A model generated the notes under the pieces. The model was not told where the DNA came from. It ran no database searches and saw only the letters and a program-made list of their open reading frames with translations. Both the position numbers and the translations under genes were made by a program. From Hydrurus foetidus (Eukaryota): 34,283 bases of DNA. The stretch is taken from NCBI GenBank assembly GCA_900617105.1, contig UYFQ01000730.1, positions 1-34,283 of the forward strand. Reading direction: 5' to 3'. Positions 10,801 through 21,323 of the stretch are shown piece after piece (position 1 is the first letter of the stretch; each line of letters opens with the position of its first letter).

Positions 10801-12842
10801 TCTGATAAAGAAAGTTCTTGAAAAATTATGGTGGAATCAGTTCTCTCAATTCAGACCGTAATGAACCGTGTAGATTCATGAAATATTACATAGATAAAAG
10901 AGCTATACTAATATTATTTTATAAATACTGATTTATGTTAAATTCAGTAAAGAACACTACGAAAAACGATCAACTTACAAACGGAAATCATCCGACCTAT
11001 ACGGTATCAAAATGTGAATTAAGTAACGCTAAGAGAAATACTACACAAATTAATATTTACCGTGTATTAAATAACCCGGGTCAGTTCCTTTTGTCCATCC
11101 CAATGTCCACTGCAACAGAAGTTCGGCACTTCCCAACAACATCTCCTAGATAATAAAAGGTAATTATTATGTGTAATTATTACTGTTATTGTTATTGTTA
11201 TCGTTAATATTATCATTATAATTCTAATTATAATTATTATTATTATTATTATATCAGTATTATTATATCAGTAGTATTATTATGATGATTATTATTATTA
11301 TTATTTATATTGTCATTGTCATTATCATTGTTAATGTTGTGTATATGTACAGTGGCAGCAGCAACAATAATTAATGACATTCGATATGCTGATAAATTCA
11401 AATTTTCGCATATTTAGAGTCGGATAATATACAGTCAAGCGTCATTAAGATTTACAACAACTTCAATACAACAACTTCAATACAACAACTTCAATACAAC
11501 AACTTCAGTACAACAAATCTTCCGGCAGTTAGTCTGTCAGTCAGTTAGTTAGTCAGTCAGTCAGTCAGTCAGTACAGAAAAAAGTCAATGCATAAAAAAG
11601 TCAACAAATTAGTTAACTAATGCACTACGCGTCAAAAGAATAATTTCCTGGAGCTTACATGTTCACCATTGCTACCAACTTCAACTTCAACTTCAAGTTG
11701 AGAATCTTCTTTATCAAATGCCCCTGAAGGCATTCTTTCTAGTCTGCCATTTTCATGAAATAAAACCTACGCATTGAAAAATAAGAATGTATAGAAGTAA
11801 GCAGATATGGGACAGATTATCCTGTTGTGAGCAGTGAGCAGTGAGTAATATAATCAGAAATGTAGCAGATAAATAAGTATGTCAGTAAATAAGGTACAGA
11901 TGAGTTGTCAGGCTTGTTCACGATGAAGGAGGATGAAATCACAGAAAATAACACAAACTTTCACTTTTTTGATTGCATATCAGTTGAGGGTGGACTGTGT
12001 TACGATAAAAGATGCAAGCTGGTAAACAATTAAGGAAGTGTTTGAAATACTGGTATCAGGAGATTAGAATTAGGTAATAGAATAGTGAAGCCTCTCGGGG
12101 AAGAAACAATAACAATAGCAATAACAATAACAACGTTTTCAATACAGAAGCTGTGCGACTGAGCTTTATAAAATGAATGACAAATAGTCAGAATCATGAC
12201 CAATCGGAAAGATCAATCTTAGGAACTTACATTGGAAGCTTTTTTCCCTTGATGCCACGGACAGATTGACATCCATTCCTCGCCTGCTGCCTCCTGCGCA
12301 TATGAATGGTTTCAAACTATTGGTGACTTCTTACTGAATTTTAGACATTCAAGATATATATTTTAGACATCAGTGCAGAACACATCAGCGGAACCTTCTT
12401 TGTCTTGTGAGCTCACAAGACAAAGAGGAATGCAAATCAATAACGCCAATTTCTACTCCATTCTGTCGTCACCTTAAATCTGAAGTCCCACAGTCGCTGG
12501 TCACACAGTTCTGATTTCGTGATGAATACTCTATGAACATCTCCCAAACTTATCAAGTAAGACATTTTTTTGCTCCTCGCTTCAGCTGCGAGAATCGAAG
12601 GGACAAAGTCAGCACTTAGCCACAGTGCATTCCAAATGAAGTCCTAAGTCAATGAAGAACATCTATGAGAATTATTGCGACTAGGTGTAAGTCGTGATGA
12701 AGACTCTACGGAAGTTTTAGCGTGTATGTACCATGGAAGTGAGATTGAACCAACACTTCGACACAACTCCAGCCAATAGCAGTTCTGCCGCATCCAAATG
12801 CTGAAAGATGAAGAGAGTAGTCTGCTCGTCGATGATATCCAT
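7884..12842 (-). CDS. F-box-like domain protein, multi-exon, with a large Ser/Asn/Lys-rich low-complexity exon; internal exon structure partly uncertain
   Basis: Phase-consistent GT-AG exons: 12842-12732 (MDIIDEQTTLFIFQHLDAAELLLAGVVSKCWFNLTSM, F-box pattern), 12643-12473 (DFIWNALW...ELCDQRLWDFRFK), 12293-12231 (EAAGEEWMSICPW), 11766-11659, 11145-11061; probable exon ~10810-10762; large exon ~10486-~9150 (includes ORF 10332..9142); 8656-8595 (SSFALPLKGSCPALEDSHLK); 7952-7884 (MTVDRQAREVDRYN...TGA). Junctions near 10800 and 9150-8660 could not be resolved. Confidence 0.7.
8309..8430. repeat. Degenerate (CGTGTA/CGTGTG/CGTGCA)n alternating purine-pyrimidine repeat, intronic
   Basis: Directly visible hexamer repeat. 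Confidence 0.85.
8694..9030. repeat. Mixed (GAT)n and (GAGT)n low-complexity tract
   Basis: Directly visible; the irregular mosaic may be poorly resolved in the assembly. Confidence 0.85.
9719..9871 (-). repeat. Coding trinucleotide tract giving a poly-serine run of about 45 residues
   Basis: (GAG/GAA)n on the plus strand; poly-S in ORF 10332..9142. Confidence 0.9.
11453..11516. repeat. 14-bp tandem repeat TACAACAACTTCAA, ~4.5 copies (intronic), followed by (CAGT)n
   Basis: Directly visible. Confidence 0.9.
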
Positions 12843-13338
12843 GATAGCTATGTGGAATCTGATGCGCCTCCCCAAAGCAGTGGACGAATGAATGACTTTG
12901 TTTTCTGCAGAGTGTCTCAACGGTTATCACGAATCCAGCGCATCAAAGAGGTCATCACAGGTGGAGAAGCACAGGTAGCAGGGAAACTCGCACCGTCACG
13001 ATGTCGAGAGAGCTAAAACTGCAGACAATTTTGTAATATTTGACTTCGAATTCAAACTCTCCAAAGCATACACTTTGCAAGAAGTACGTCAGCATACAGA
13101 ATATGAATACGGAGTACAAAATATTTGATTCCCCCTTTACTGTTTTTGAACTTTTCTACAATAATTTACTTTTGATTTTTAAAGCGTTCCAGTGTTCCTG
13201 ATTCGTCGCCGAGATAGATGATTTTCTTATAATTGCCTAACCCTAATCCTATCATTTAGTATAGAATTCAGTACATCAAACTATTAATTCAGTACACGAA
13301 TCTCTCAATTCAGTACACGGTAAATTATTTCCGATTTA

Positions 13339-13429
13339 CATATTTACTCTCAACGTTTTCAACATTTTGTAATATATCAGACAATGTGTGCGGTATAACA
13401 AAATGTTGAAAACGTCGAGAGTAAATATG
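13339..13429. mobile_element. 91-bp hairpin / MITE-like element flanked by TA (also at 16836-16926 and 17094-17184)
   Basis: CATATTTACTCTCAACGTTTTCAACATTTTGT ... ACAAAATGTTGAAAACGTCGAGAGTAAATATG: 32-bp inverted repeat with 1 mismatch, 27-nt spacer, TA on both sides. Confidence 0.6.
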
Positions 13430-13512
13430 TAAATTGACTTGGCATGAATGTCGGATTTAATCATCCCAGAGTAACGATATAAAATCGTTTGCCTCGTCGA
13501 GAAAAGTGTGTC

Positions 13513-13586
13513 CACCCGATGAGGGGCTCGAACCCTCGACCACAGGATTAAAAGTCCTGCGCTCTACCAAACTGAGCTAACCGGGT
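13513..13586 (-). tRNA. trnK-UUU: tRNA-Lys(UUU)
   Basis: Reverse complement of the 74-nt cloverleaf at 16679-16752. Confidence 0.95.
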
Positions 13587-14650
13587 AGCTGTGCATCCGT
13601 ACGTTACGCTCTAGTTCGATCCTGTCAAAATATTGGCGAAAATCTCCTCATCAAGCATACTCTGCACTCTGCACCATACAGCACACAAAACAGTACTATA
13701 TGGCACAGTGCTCTACACTACTACGGTATCTTTATAGGATGCGATGCAGTATATTTAAATCGTTATTTTATCACCAAAATGTCATCCTTATGACGGCTGC
13801 GCCTCCAACTGAAGTGTAGAATGATGCTAATTAGCCTACACCTAACAGATGAGATCTGGATGGGGCAATGTCGGATATGGATTGATCACTCACAGCATAG
13901 TTTGCGATCGCAGATGTCTTCTCAACCACGTTATTAACAATCTTTTCTTATCACAGCATGATTGACTATCTTAACATATTACTACGAATATCTATGCTGT
14001 GATTAATGAGTACACGGTCGCACTTTCTTTTACTTGACTTATAGCCCTCTTTTCATATCTCGTGCGCATTCGTTGTCATGAAAATTCTTTATTTTCAAAA
14101 CGCATCGTCGAAGCCAGCCTGACCGTCGTTAGTCTACCTTTCATATATATCATGCTCCAATTTTTCCGTTACTCTTCCCTTCAAATTTCGATAGTGTGTA
14201 CGTCTAATGTGCGGGTTTGATGGAATCTTCGTTGGAGGCTCACGGTGATGATTAAAGTATAAGGATCTAGGATAAGTTAAGCAGTGCATCATATGCCAAG
14301 TTACATCATTTAAGATGTGAAAGCCTTGGATGGACGATAAAAGGAATCACTGTGCCCACATTAAAGACACTCTCTTTTTCAAAACTCACTACTATACTTT
14401 CCAATCTACGAATAGGAAGAGAAGTCTGTGATTCTCTGAAATAAAATCTTATTTCAGCCGTAGGAGTAGGAATGATAGCCCGTATCTACCTGGGAAGAAT
14501 TAATCCCTTTATTATTCGTCAGTCATCAAGAGACATGCAATATTTGAAAAGCAGTAACTGAAAATTGAGATGTGGCGGTGCCACAAGATTGTTATTTGAT
14601 GTAGAGTAGCGATAGAACAATCGAGTCAGTTTACACATGAACATGAAATT

Positions 14651-14701
14651 TCGACCACAGGATTAAAAGTCCTGCGCTCTACCAAACTGAGCTAACCGGG
14701 T
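14651..14701 (-). pseudogene. 3'-truncated tRNA-Lys(UUU): first 51 nt only, no T-loop or 3' acceptor strand
   Basis: Identical to tRNA positions 1-51; upstream flank matches the other copies out to 14840. Confidence 0.9.
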
Positions 14702-16110
14702 AGCTGTGCGTCCGTACGTTACGCTCTAGTTCGATCCTGTCAAAATATTGGCGAAAATCTCCTCATCAAGCATACTCTGCACTCTGCACCATACAGCACA
14801 CAAAACAGTACTATATGGCACAGTGCTCTACACTACTACGATATATATTAGCAAAACATCATCCTGATGACTCTAATTGTTTGTTCTCCAATATTGTCAG
14901 AATGAAGCGATCAACTGCCAACTGTTCAAGAGCCAAGTGATATAGAGCGAAGCAATCCAGAGTCAAGTTTCAAATAAAGATTCAAAACTATTGCTTCCTG
15001 TCAAGCACCACACATTTTTTTCACAGTTTTTTAGAACACAGCAATTTTCGTCGATTTGTATCAGTCATCTGTGGATGATTCGAAGTTAGATTTCTCATCC
15101 CTTACCGCATGGAATAGTATGTGAAACTCCCATTCTCTAAAGTAGCTGCAATTTATCATGAAATGGAGTATTTGTGAGGTGCGCAGCGCAGTATCTTGGG
15201 AACAAAATAGCTCGATACGAATGACGACAATTCAAAATTGAATCAGTCAAGCGCTTTTGATAAGGGTGCTAAATTCGACTATGGACTTGCAAACCCCTAT
15301 TCAATAGGATAGCATCTTCCGTTGAAAATTTCAGCGGTGGCATTTTCATGATTTCGACAAAATTTCTGTGATTAAATGAAAAGCACTCTTAAAACCATCG
15401 GAGAAGAGAGCATATATTGTGGTTCTAGTTATGTTCTCCAGCGATGATCCCCCAGCGATGGTGCGCACACACTCTGTACAACTCTCTGGAAAGAGTGGTG
15501 CGAACCCAAACCAAAATTTATTTCTCGACAGTATCTCCATCTAACAGCGACACACAATGTTATTGCTATCAAATGCAGCTCTCATCCTCCCTCTAGGCGT
15601 CTCTAGGCCTGAGGCAACGGCAAACTAATAGATGGCAAGAGGAGCAGGCAGAAATCTTATCCTGTAGAGACCATCTAACGCTATCCCGAGCCCTTTCTTC
15701 TGTACCGATCTACAGTAAATCCTATCTGTGCTGCGACTGCAATGTCAAAGCGAGTTGTGATACTGATAGGAGATTATTCCATGACCAACGATTTTTGTGG
15801 ATTTTTTTACAAGAAGGTCAATCCGCCTTCAGAGACACATCGGTATCATTCAGAAACTGCAAGACATGGTCTAAAACCAATGTTGACGACAGTGATGAAA
15901 ATACTTCTGTGTCGTATATTTCATCGAGCCTACGAAATCAATTGAGTAACACCTGCGTGCAACGTCACTGGCAAAAGCATGATCATCAAAGTAAGTGGGT
16001 GTTCTTACACACAGTCTGGTAGACAACATTAAAGACATTTATACCACTAAAGACCATTAGGGAACGAAGGATATTAGCACATTGAAATTCTTCGTGATAT
16101 GATAAGGTAG

Positions 16111-16301
16111 TGTAACCGTATGGGGTCTTAAGGATCTTAAATCTTAATCCACTTTAGGGACCTAGACTCCGTAGACTTCGAAGCAGATTTCTCGGATCAA
16201 CTTTAGAGACTTAGCCTAGCATTCAGCATACTTTCATGGGACCCTTAGCTAACTACGAGCCATCTCTCATTCAGCCTAGCCTTTTCCAGTCCGCAGTTAC
16301 A
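16111..16301. mobile_element. Possible short LTR relic (191 bp)
   Basis: Starts TGTAACCG and ends CAGTTACA (7/8 inverted match, TG...CA), followed by AATTGG. No TSD and no partner copy seen. Confidence 0.3.
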
Positions 16302-16307
16302 AATTGG

Positions 16308-17073
16308 GCTGCGATAAGAAAAGATTGTTAATAACGTGGTTGAGAAGACATCTGCGATCGCAAACTATGCTGTGAGTGATCAATCCATATCCGACATTGC
16401 CCCATCCAGATCTCATCTGTTAGGTGTAGGCTAATTAGCATCATTCTACACTTCAGTTGGAGGCGCAGCCGTCATAAGGATGACATTTTGGTGATAAAAT
16501 AACGATTTAAATATACTGCATCGCATCCTATAAAGATACCGTAGTAGTGTAGAGCACTGTGCCATATAGTACTGTTTTGTGTGCTGTATGGTGCAGAGTG
16601 CAGAGTATGCTTGATGAGGAGATTTTCGCCAATATTTTGACAGGATCGAACTAGAGCGTAACGTACGGACGCACAGCTACCCGGTTAGCTCAGTTTGGTA
16701 GAGCGCAGGACTTTTAATCCTGTGGTCGAGGGTTCGAGCCCCTCATCGGGTGGACACACTTTTCTCGACGAGGCAAACGATTTTATATCGTTACTCTGGG
16801 ATGATTAAATCCGACATTCATGCCAAGTCAATTTACATATTTACTCTCGACGTTTTCAACATTTTGTTATACCGCACACATTGTCTGATATATTACAAAA
16901 TGTTGAAAACGTTGAGAGTAAATATGTAAATCGGAAATAATTTACCGTGTACTGAATTGAGAGGTTCGTGTACTGAATTAATAGTTTGATGTACTGAATT
17001 CTATACTAAATGATAGGATTAGGGTTAGGCAATTATAAGAAAATCATCTATCTCGGCGACGAATCAGGAACAC
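16308..17073 (-). repeat. Right arm of the 766-bp inverted repeat (tRNA-Lys cassette copy 2)
   Basis: Reverse complement of 13192-13957. Confidence 0.95.
16679..16752 (+). tRNA. trnK-UUU: tRNA-Lys(UUU)
   Basis: Acceptor stem ACCCGGT/ATCGGGT, D arm GCTC..GAGC with A-box TAGCTCAGTTTGG, anticodon arm CAGGA-CTTTTAA-TCCTG, T arm GAGGG-TTCGAGC-CCCTC, no encoded CCA, TTTT at 16760-16763 (Pol III terminator-like). Confidence 0.96.
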
Positions 17074-17487
17074 AGTAAATTATTTCCGATTTACATATTT
17101 ACTCTCAACGTTTTCAACATTTTGTAATATATCAGACAATGTGTGCGGTATAACAAAATGTTGAAAACGTCGAGAGTAAATATGTAAATTGACTTGGCAT
17201 GAATGTCGGATTTAATCATCCCAGAGTAACGATATAAAATCGTTGCCTCGTCGAGAAAAGTGTGTCCACCCGATGAGGGGCTCGAACCCTCGACCACAGG
17301 ATTAAAAGTCCTGCGCTCTACCAAACTGAGCTAACCGGGTAGCTGTGCATCCGTACGTTACGCTCTAGTTCGATCCTGTCAAAATATTGGCGAAAATCTC
17401 CTCATCAAGCATACTCTGCACTCTGCACCATACAGCACACAAAACAGTACTATATGGCACAGTGCTCTACACTACTACGGTATCTTT
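17071..17487 (+). repeat. tRNA-Lys cassette copy 3 (direct repeat of 13316-13733); resumes at 21324-21357 after the hAT insertion
   Basis: Near-identical to 13316-13733 (one substitution near the start, one 1-nt deletion at ~17244); 21332-21357 matches 13734-13759. Confidence 0.95.
17267..17340 (-). tRNA. trnK-UUU: tRNA-Lys(UUU)
   Basis: Identical to 13513-13586. Confidence 0.95.
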
Positions 17488-20400
17488 CACAGGTAGAACG
17501 AAGGCAAATGCTTTCGTCCATTTTTCGCATGAAGACGAAAGGTGAGGGGTAAATCCGTGCTTTTGACGATCATTTTCAAAAGATTTACCGTCAAATGAAA
17601 AAATACGGAAATCGGTTCCGAACGGATTTCCCTTCGAATGATTCAGTGGAGTATATCAGATGAAGGATTGCAACCCTCGACTGATATTTCCAGCAATCAT
17701 TTGCGAATGCTTTTGCCCTCGAAAGAAGAAATCCGCCAGTCACTTGCACGGGAAGCCCCTATCAACCATCCTCAACTCAAAGAAAATCTTTCGAGGGCAT
17801 TCTCCTCTGAAGGTTTGTAATCAAAGATCTGACATCCTCCTTCCCAAAACTAACTACACTACTAACCAATGACTCAAACTCTGGCCATCAATTTTTTTCC
17901 ATCGGCCGCAAAACGGAATTTCCAGAGTCTACTGTAAATGTTGGAGCAGCCAGCAGAAGCTGATTTTCATGAGATCGGCGCGATCGCAGATGATCCAGGG
18001 GTGATAGATGCACCACTGCTTGTCGATTTGGCCGAAGCTGACGCTCCAGTTTTCCTACAACAAGGAAAACTGAGCACAGAGGCAACGATTGCCCTGGCAA
18101 TCGCGAATTTTGTTACTCCAGCGGGCTTTGTGAGGTGAAATCTAATTTTCAAAACGTTTCCCATGATATCCAAAAAAAATCTGGAGTGTTTCCTCATCAA
18201 TGTCAATTGGTAAATCGTTTTCACATCAGATGCGCAGTACCAAAGGGCACCAAGCACTCTATCACTTATGACTTCGGAGTAGTCGTGCAAACCAATGACA
18301 ACAGCAAAATCAGGAATTTTTATTGTCTAGCAAACGGTGCGTGTTGCGCTACAAAAAACAAGTACAAAATGAATAATGGATTCGCCAGCGGTCCCACTGA
18401 TCACCTCCTCAGTCGCCATGGGATTCGTGCATTGAAATCGATCATGGTTGAGAAAACCCGAGCTGAATTGCTAGGTTCGTTATCTCATACCTAAAATACC
18501 GATATTTACCGGACCCAGTATAATATTATACCGGATCCGGACAAATCATACCGGATCCGACCAAATAATACCGGATACGGTATAATCATACGGTGTCCGG
18601 CTTTTTAACCTTTATCTCCATATCCTACTCACTTTAAAGGCAACGTGCAGGCAGTTATAGTCAGTCAAGAGTTCAAAGTGAATAGGGATCGCGTTAAGTG
18701 CTTGAGTTGGGTTACTAATATGGTAATAAAGAATTTTATACCCTTTGATTTTCTTCAACAATCCGAAGTGAGAACAACTCTGTCAGTAACGAGCAACGGC
18801 AATCAAGACACCACTGTCCCATTCGCTATGCTAAATCCAATCCGGATCCGTCACTATATAGTTGAGGTGTATTCAGCAATTAAAAACATCATCTTTTCAG
18901 CTATTGAAAGACATGCGACATCCAAACCGGTACCATGTATCTCATTCACGGTCGATAAAGTTAAGTCCAAGGTGTCCGGAGAGAATTTTCTGGGCCTTCG
19001 AGTGTTCTTTTTGGATGGATCTGGGCAGTTCAGAAGTTACAATCTGTCAATCAAACAGTACCGGCCATCGAGCGAACTTAACAGAGAGCAGGCCTCTGTC
19101 CTCCTACGGACATGGCTTAATTACTCACTGCGTGAGTTCGGCATCGATCGCGAAAGGCACATAGGTAACAGAATTGATTTAGCAAACTACAATTAGACCT
19201 TCCAAAATGATTCCATGATATAGCTAATGCATTATCGTATAAACTGAAACAGCAAACTCAGTGACGGATGCTGGGCCTGAAGTGAAACGGTGCTGCGACA
19301 CCTTGTTAGAATCCCCTTGGGGATGGTGTACCAGTCATATGCTATCAACAGCTTTTGCTGCTGCTTTTGATGGACAGCATCGAGTGCAGGATCCAGTCGG
19401 TATGGATGCACTGAAGGATCTTTTACGGAAAGTGAGGAAGATTGTAGAGTACTTCCACAAATCAGCTGAGGGACTGATATTGCTTGGCGAGATTATTTTT
19501 GCGACTGTGGAGGACCATGGGTTGAACCCATACTCAAAACTTGCCCAAGCTATTCATCAACGCTGAGGAAGCTTGGTCAAATCTCTTATCAACTTTATCG
19601 AGCGCTTTGATGGCCTCCAATCAGCGTATCAGCAACGTGGAAAGTCTTGGGATATCGACATGGGAGATCGAACTGCAATCGTGGAGATTATCTCTGTATT
19701 ATCGCCTATCAAGGACATTATTATTTTAGCTCAATCAAACAAGGGAGCGTTGGTTCCATCGGTGGTGGGTATGCTGACTGACTTAAGGATGGACACTCTC
19801 AATTCTCTCTCCCCTCTCCTCATCCTCGACCCCGCGATTCTCAACCTTGCAAAAAGGAGAAAAGTGAATGCCGTACTACTTTTACCCCCGGGTGCAATTG
19901 TCGCACCAGCTCCAATCGAGGAAGCACTCACACGTAATCACGACGACTTGACTAACATAGGTCGCTCGAGAGGGTATGAACATTGCGCTGTCGAAGTCGA
20001 ATCGCTTCTCCCACTTATACACAAAAAACGGATCTTGCAAACCTGAGAGATGTCTGGGCGCTTTCGACATAATAACAGTGCTTCACCCGTTCATGAAGAA
20101 TCTTAAGTTTATGAATTCCATCAACGCAAGTGCACCAGGGTATGACCCAGACACAGACGACGAATGGCTAGAGTTACACAAAGAGAGAATCAAGAACTAT
20201 TACATCAACTTAATGGTGAAAGTTATTGTACACAATGAGAGTAAGGTGGCAGTTCTCGTGATCGCTCCCCCAGCTGTTGTAGTCGAGGATGATGTTCCAG
20301 CAGCTGCAAAGAAGCAGCGAGGTATTGAGGCGAGAGACATTCAAGCAGTTGGACAGAAGAGGGTTCTTGCGATGAAAGTCAGCAGCTACATGGATGTTGA

Positions 20401-21323
20401 TTCCGAAGGTGACGAGGATGCCGAAGCCGAGGTTCCACTTCTCACACCACGTCAGCGTGCAACGACCGAGTTTCAACACGATATGACGAAGAAAACAGCA
20501 TCCGCGTTGCAGATTACGCTTACCAGCCCAGACGGATTGATTCACTTCTGGCAGCACACTGGGAAGAGGGAATTTCCAGTCTTGGCTGTCGTAGCGATGG
20601 CTCAACTCGGGACACCACCTGGATCAGGGGTTTTAGAAAACGATTTTAGCACATTTGCTAATCTCGTCACCCGCCGCCGATCACGGTTAGACGCGGGTAT
20701 AGTTGAGATGATACTGTTTTGCAAACTGAACCATAATCTGATTCCAAATGTAATTCCAGAAATTAGTAGGGAGTCGATCAACGACCACATCCCTATCAGG
20801 CTAAGAGACCCAGACATGCTAGCAGATCTGCAAGCTCTGGATGTCGACCCAAATGCTAATGACAGCGAATCTGACATGGATGCGTTGAGAATTAAGAGTC
20901 ATTCGACTTCTTAATTATAATACTAGATGTGCTTGCCTGACCATAAAAGTCGATTGCTTTACTGTTATGCTTCAATTGTCATTAAATCAAAACTTTTGAA
21001 ATTTAAATCTATTATTGCTACTTAATATGTCTTTCCTCCGAGTGATTCGGTCGGAGAAAAGAACCTTCGACCGGAAAAACCGTCAAATGAATTTTTCTAC
21101 AAAATATTTGCAAATGCACGAACATTTGAGGGAAACTTTCAGAAATAGTTTGCAAATGCTCTATCACTTGAAGTGAATTTCTCTGACATCATTTGCGAAA
21201 GGAAATGCCTTCGAAGGTTTCAAACGGAATTTCCTTCATGAAAGGACATTTCCTTCATGAAGGAAATTTACCGGAAATAAAAAGCCGACACCTTCCCTTC
21301 ACCTTCCCTTCGTTCTACCTGTG
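17488..21323 (+). mobile_element. hAT DNA transposon, 3836 bp, full length
   Basis: Perfect 17-bp TIRs CACAGGTAGAACGAAGG (17488-17504) / CCTTCGTTCTACCTGTG (21307-21323); 8-bp TSD GTATCTTT (17480-17487, 21324-21331); empty sites at 13726-13733 and 16532-16539; internal hAT transposase. Confidence 0.97.
17869..20914 (+). pseudogene. hAT transposase with two introns, disrupted by frameshifts and one stop
   Basis: BED-finger-like FYCLANGAC...DHLLSRHGI; ISFTVD (first catalytic D); SVTDAG...CTSHML (second D plus CxxH); QR* where RW is expected (TGA at 19564); C-terminal dimerisation domain FWQ...FPVLAVVA...PPGSGVLENDFS...RRRSRL..IVEMILF. In-frame introns 18475-18639 and 19165-19252. Frameshifts near 17900-17940, 18133 and 19970; start codon uncertain. 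Confidence 0.9.

Larger units (their letters stand above)
13192..13957 (+). repeat. Left arm of a 766-bp inverted repeat (tRNA-Lys cassette copy 1)
   Basis: Reverse complement of 16308-17073, with only about 3 substitutions noticed by eye. Confidence 0.95.

Noticed and set aside
13265..13320. CRISPR-like repeat-spacer pattern (also 18507-18600)
   Set aside because: Repeats of ~11 bp with ~10-bp spacers and only 3-5 units are far too short, there are no cas genes, and the context is eukaryotic.
15346..16022. Short ORFs in the spacer as a cargo gene
   Set aside because: All are under 80 aa, have no recognisable motif and could not be joined into a consistent spliced model.
17091..17324. 77-aa ORF MVERRTFNPVVEGSSP...
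   Set aside because: It is a translation of the tRNA-Lys gene and its flank.
19564..19566. In-frame TGA at a conserved Trp position of the hAT transposase as evidence for TGA=Trp recoding or selenocysteine
   Set aside because: The same gene has several frameshifts, the Trp codons I read in the host genes are TGG, and TGA appears to terminate the F-box gene. A single G-to-A change explains it.
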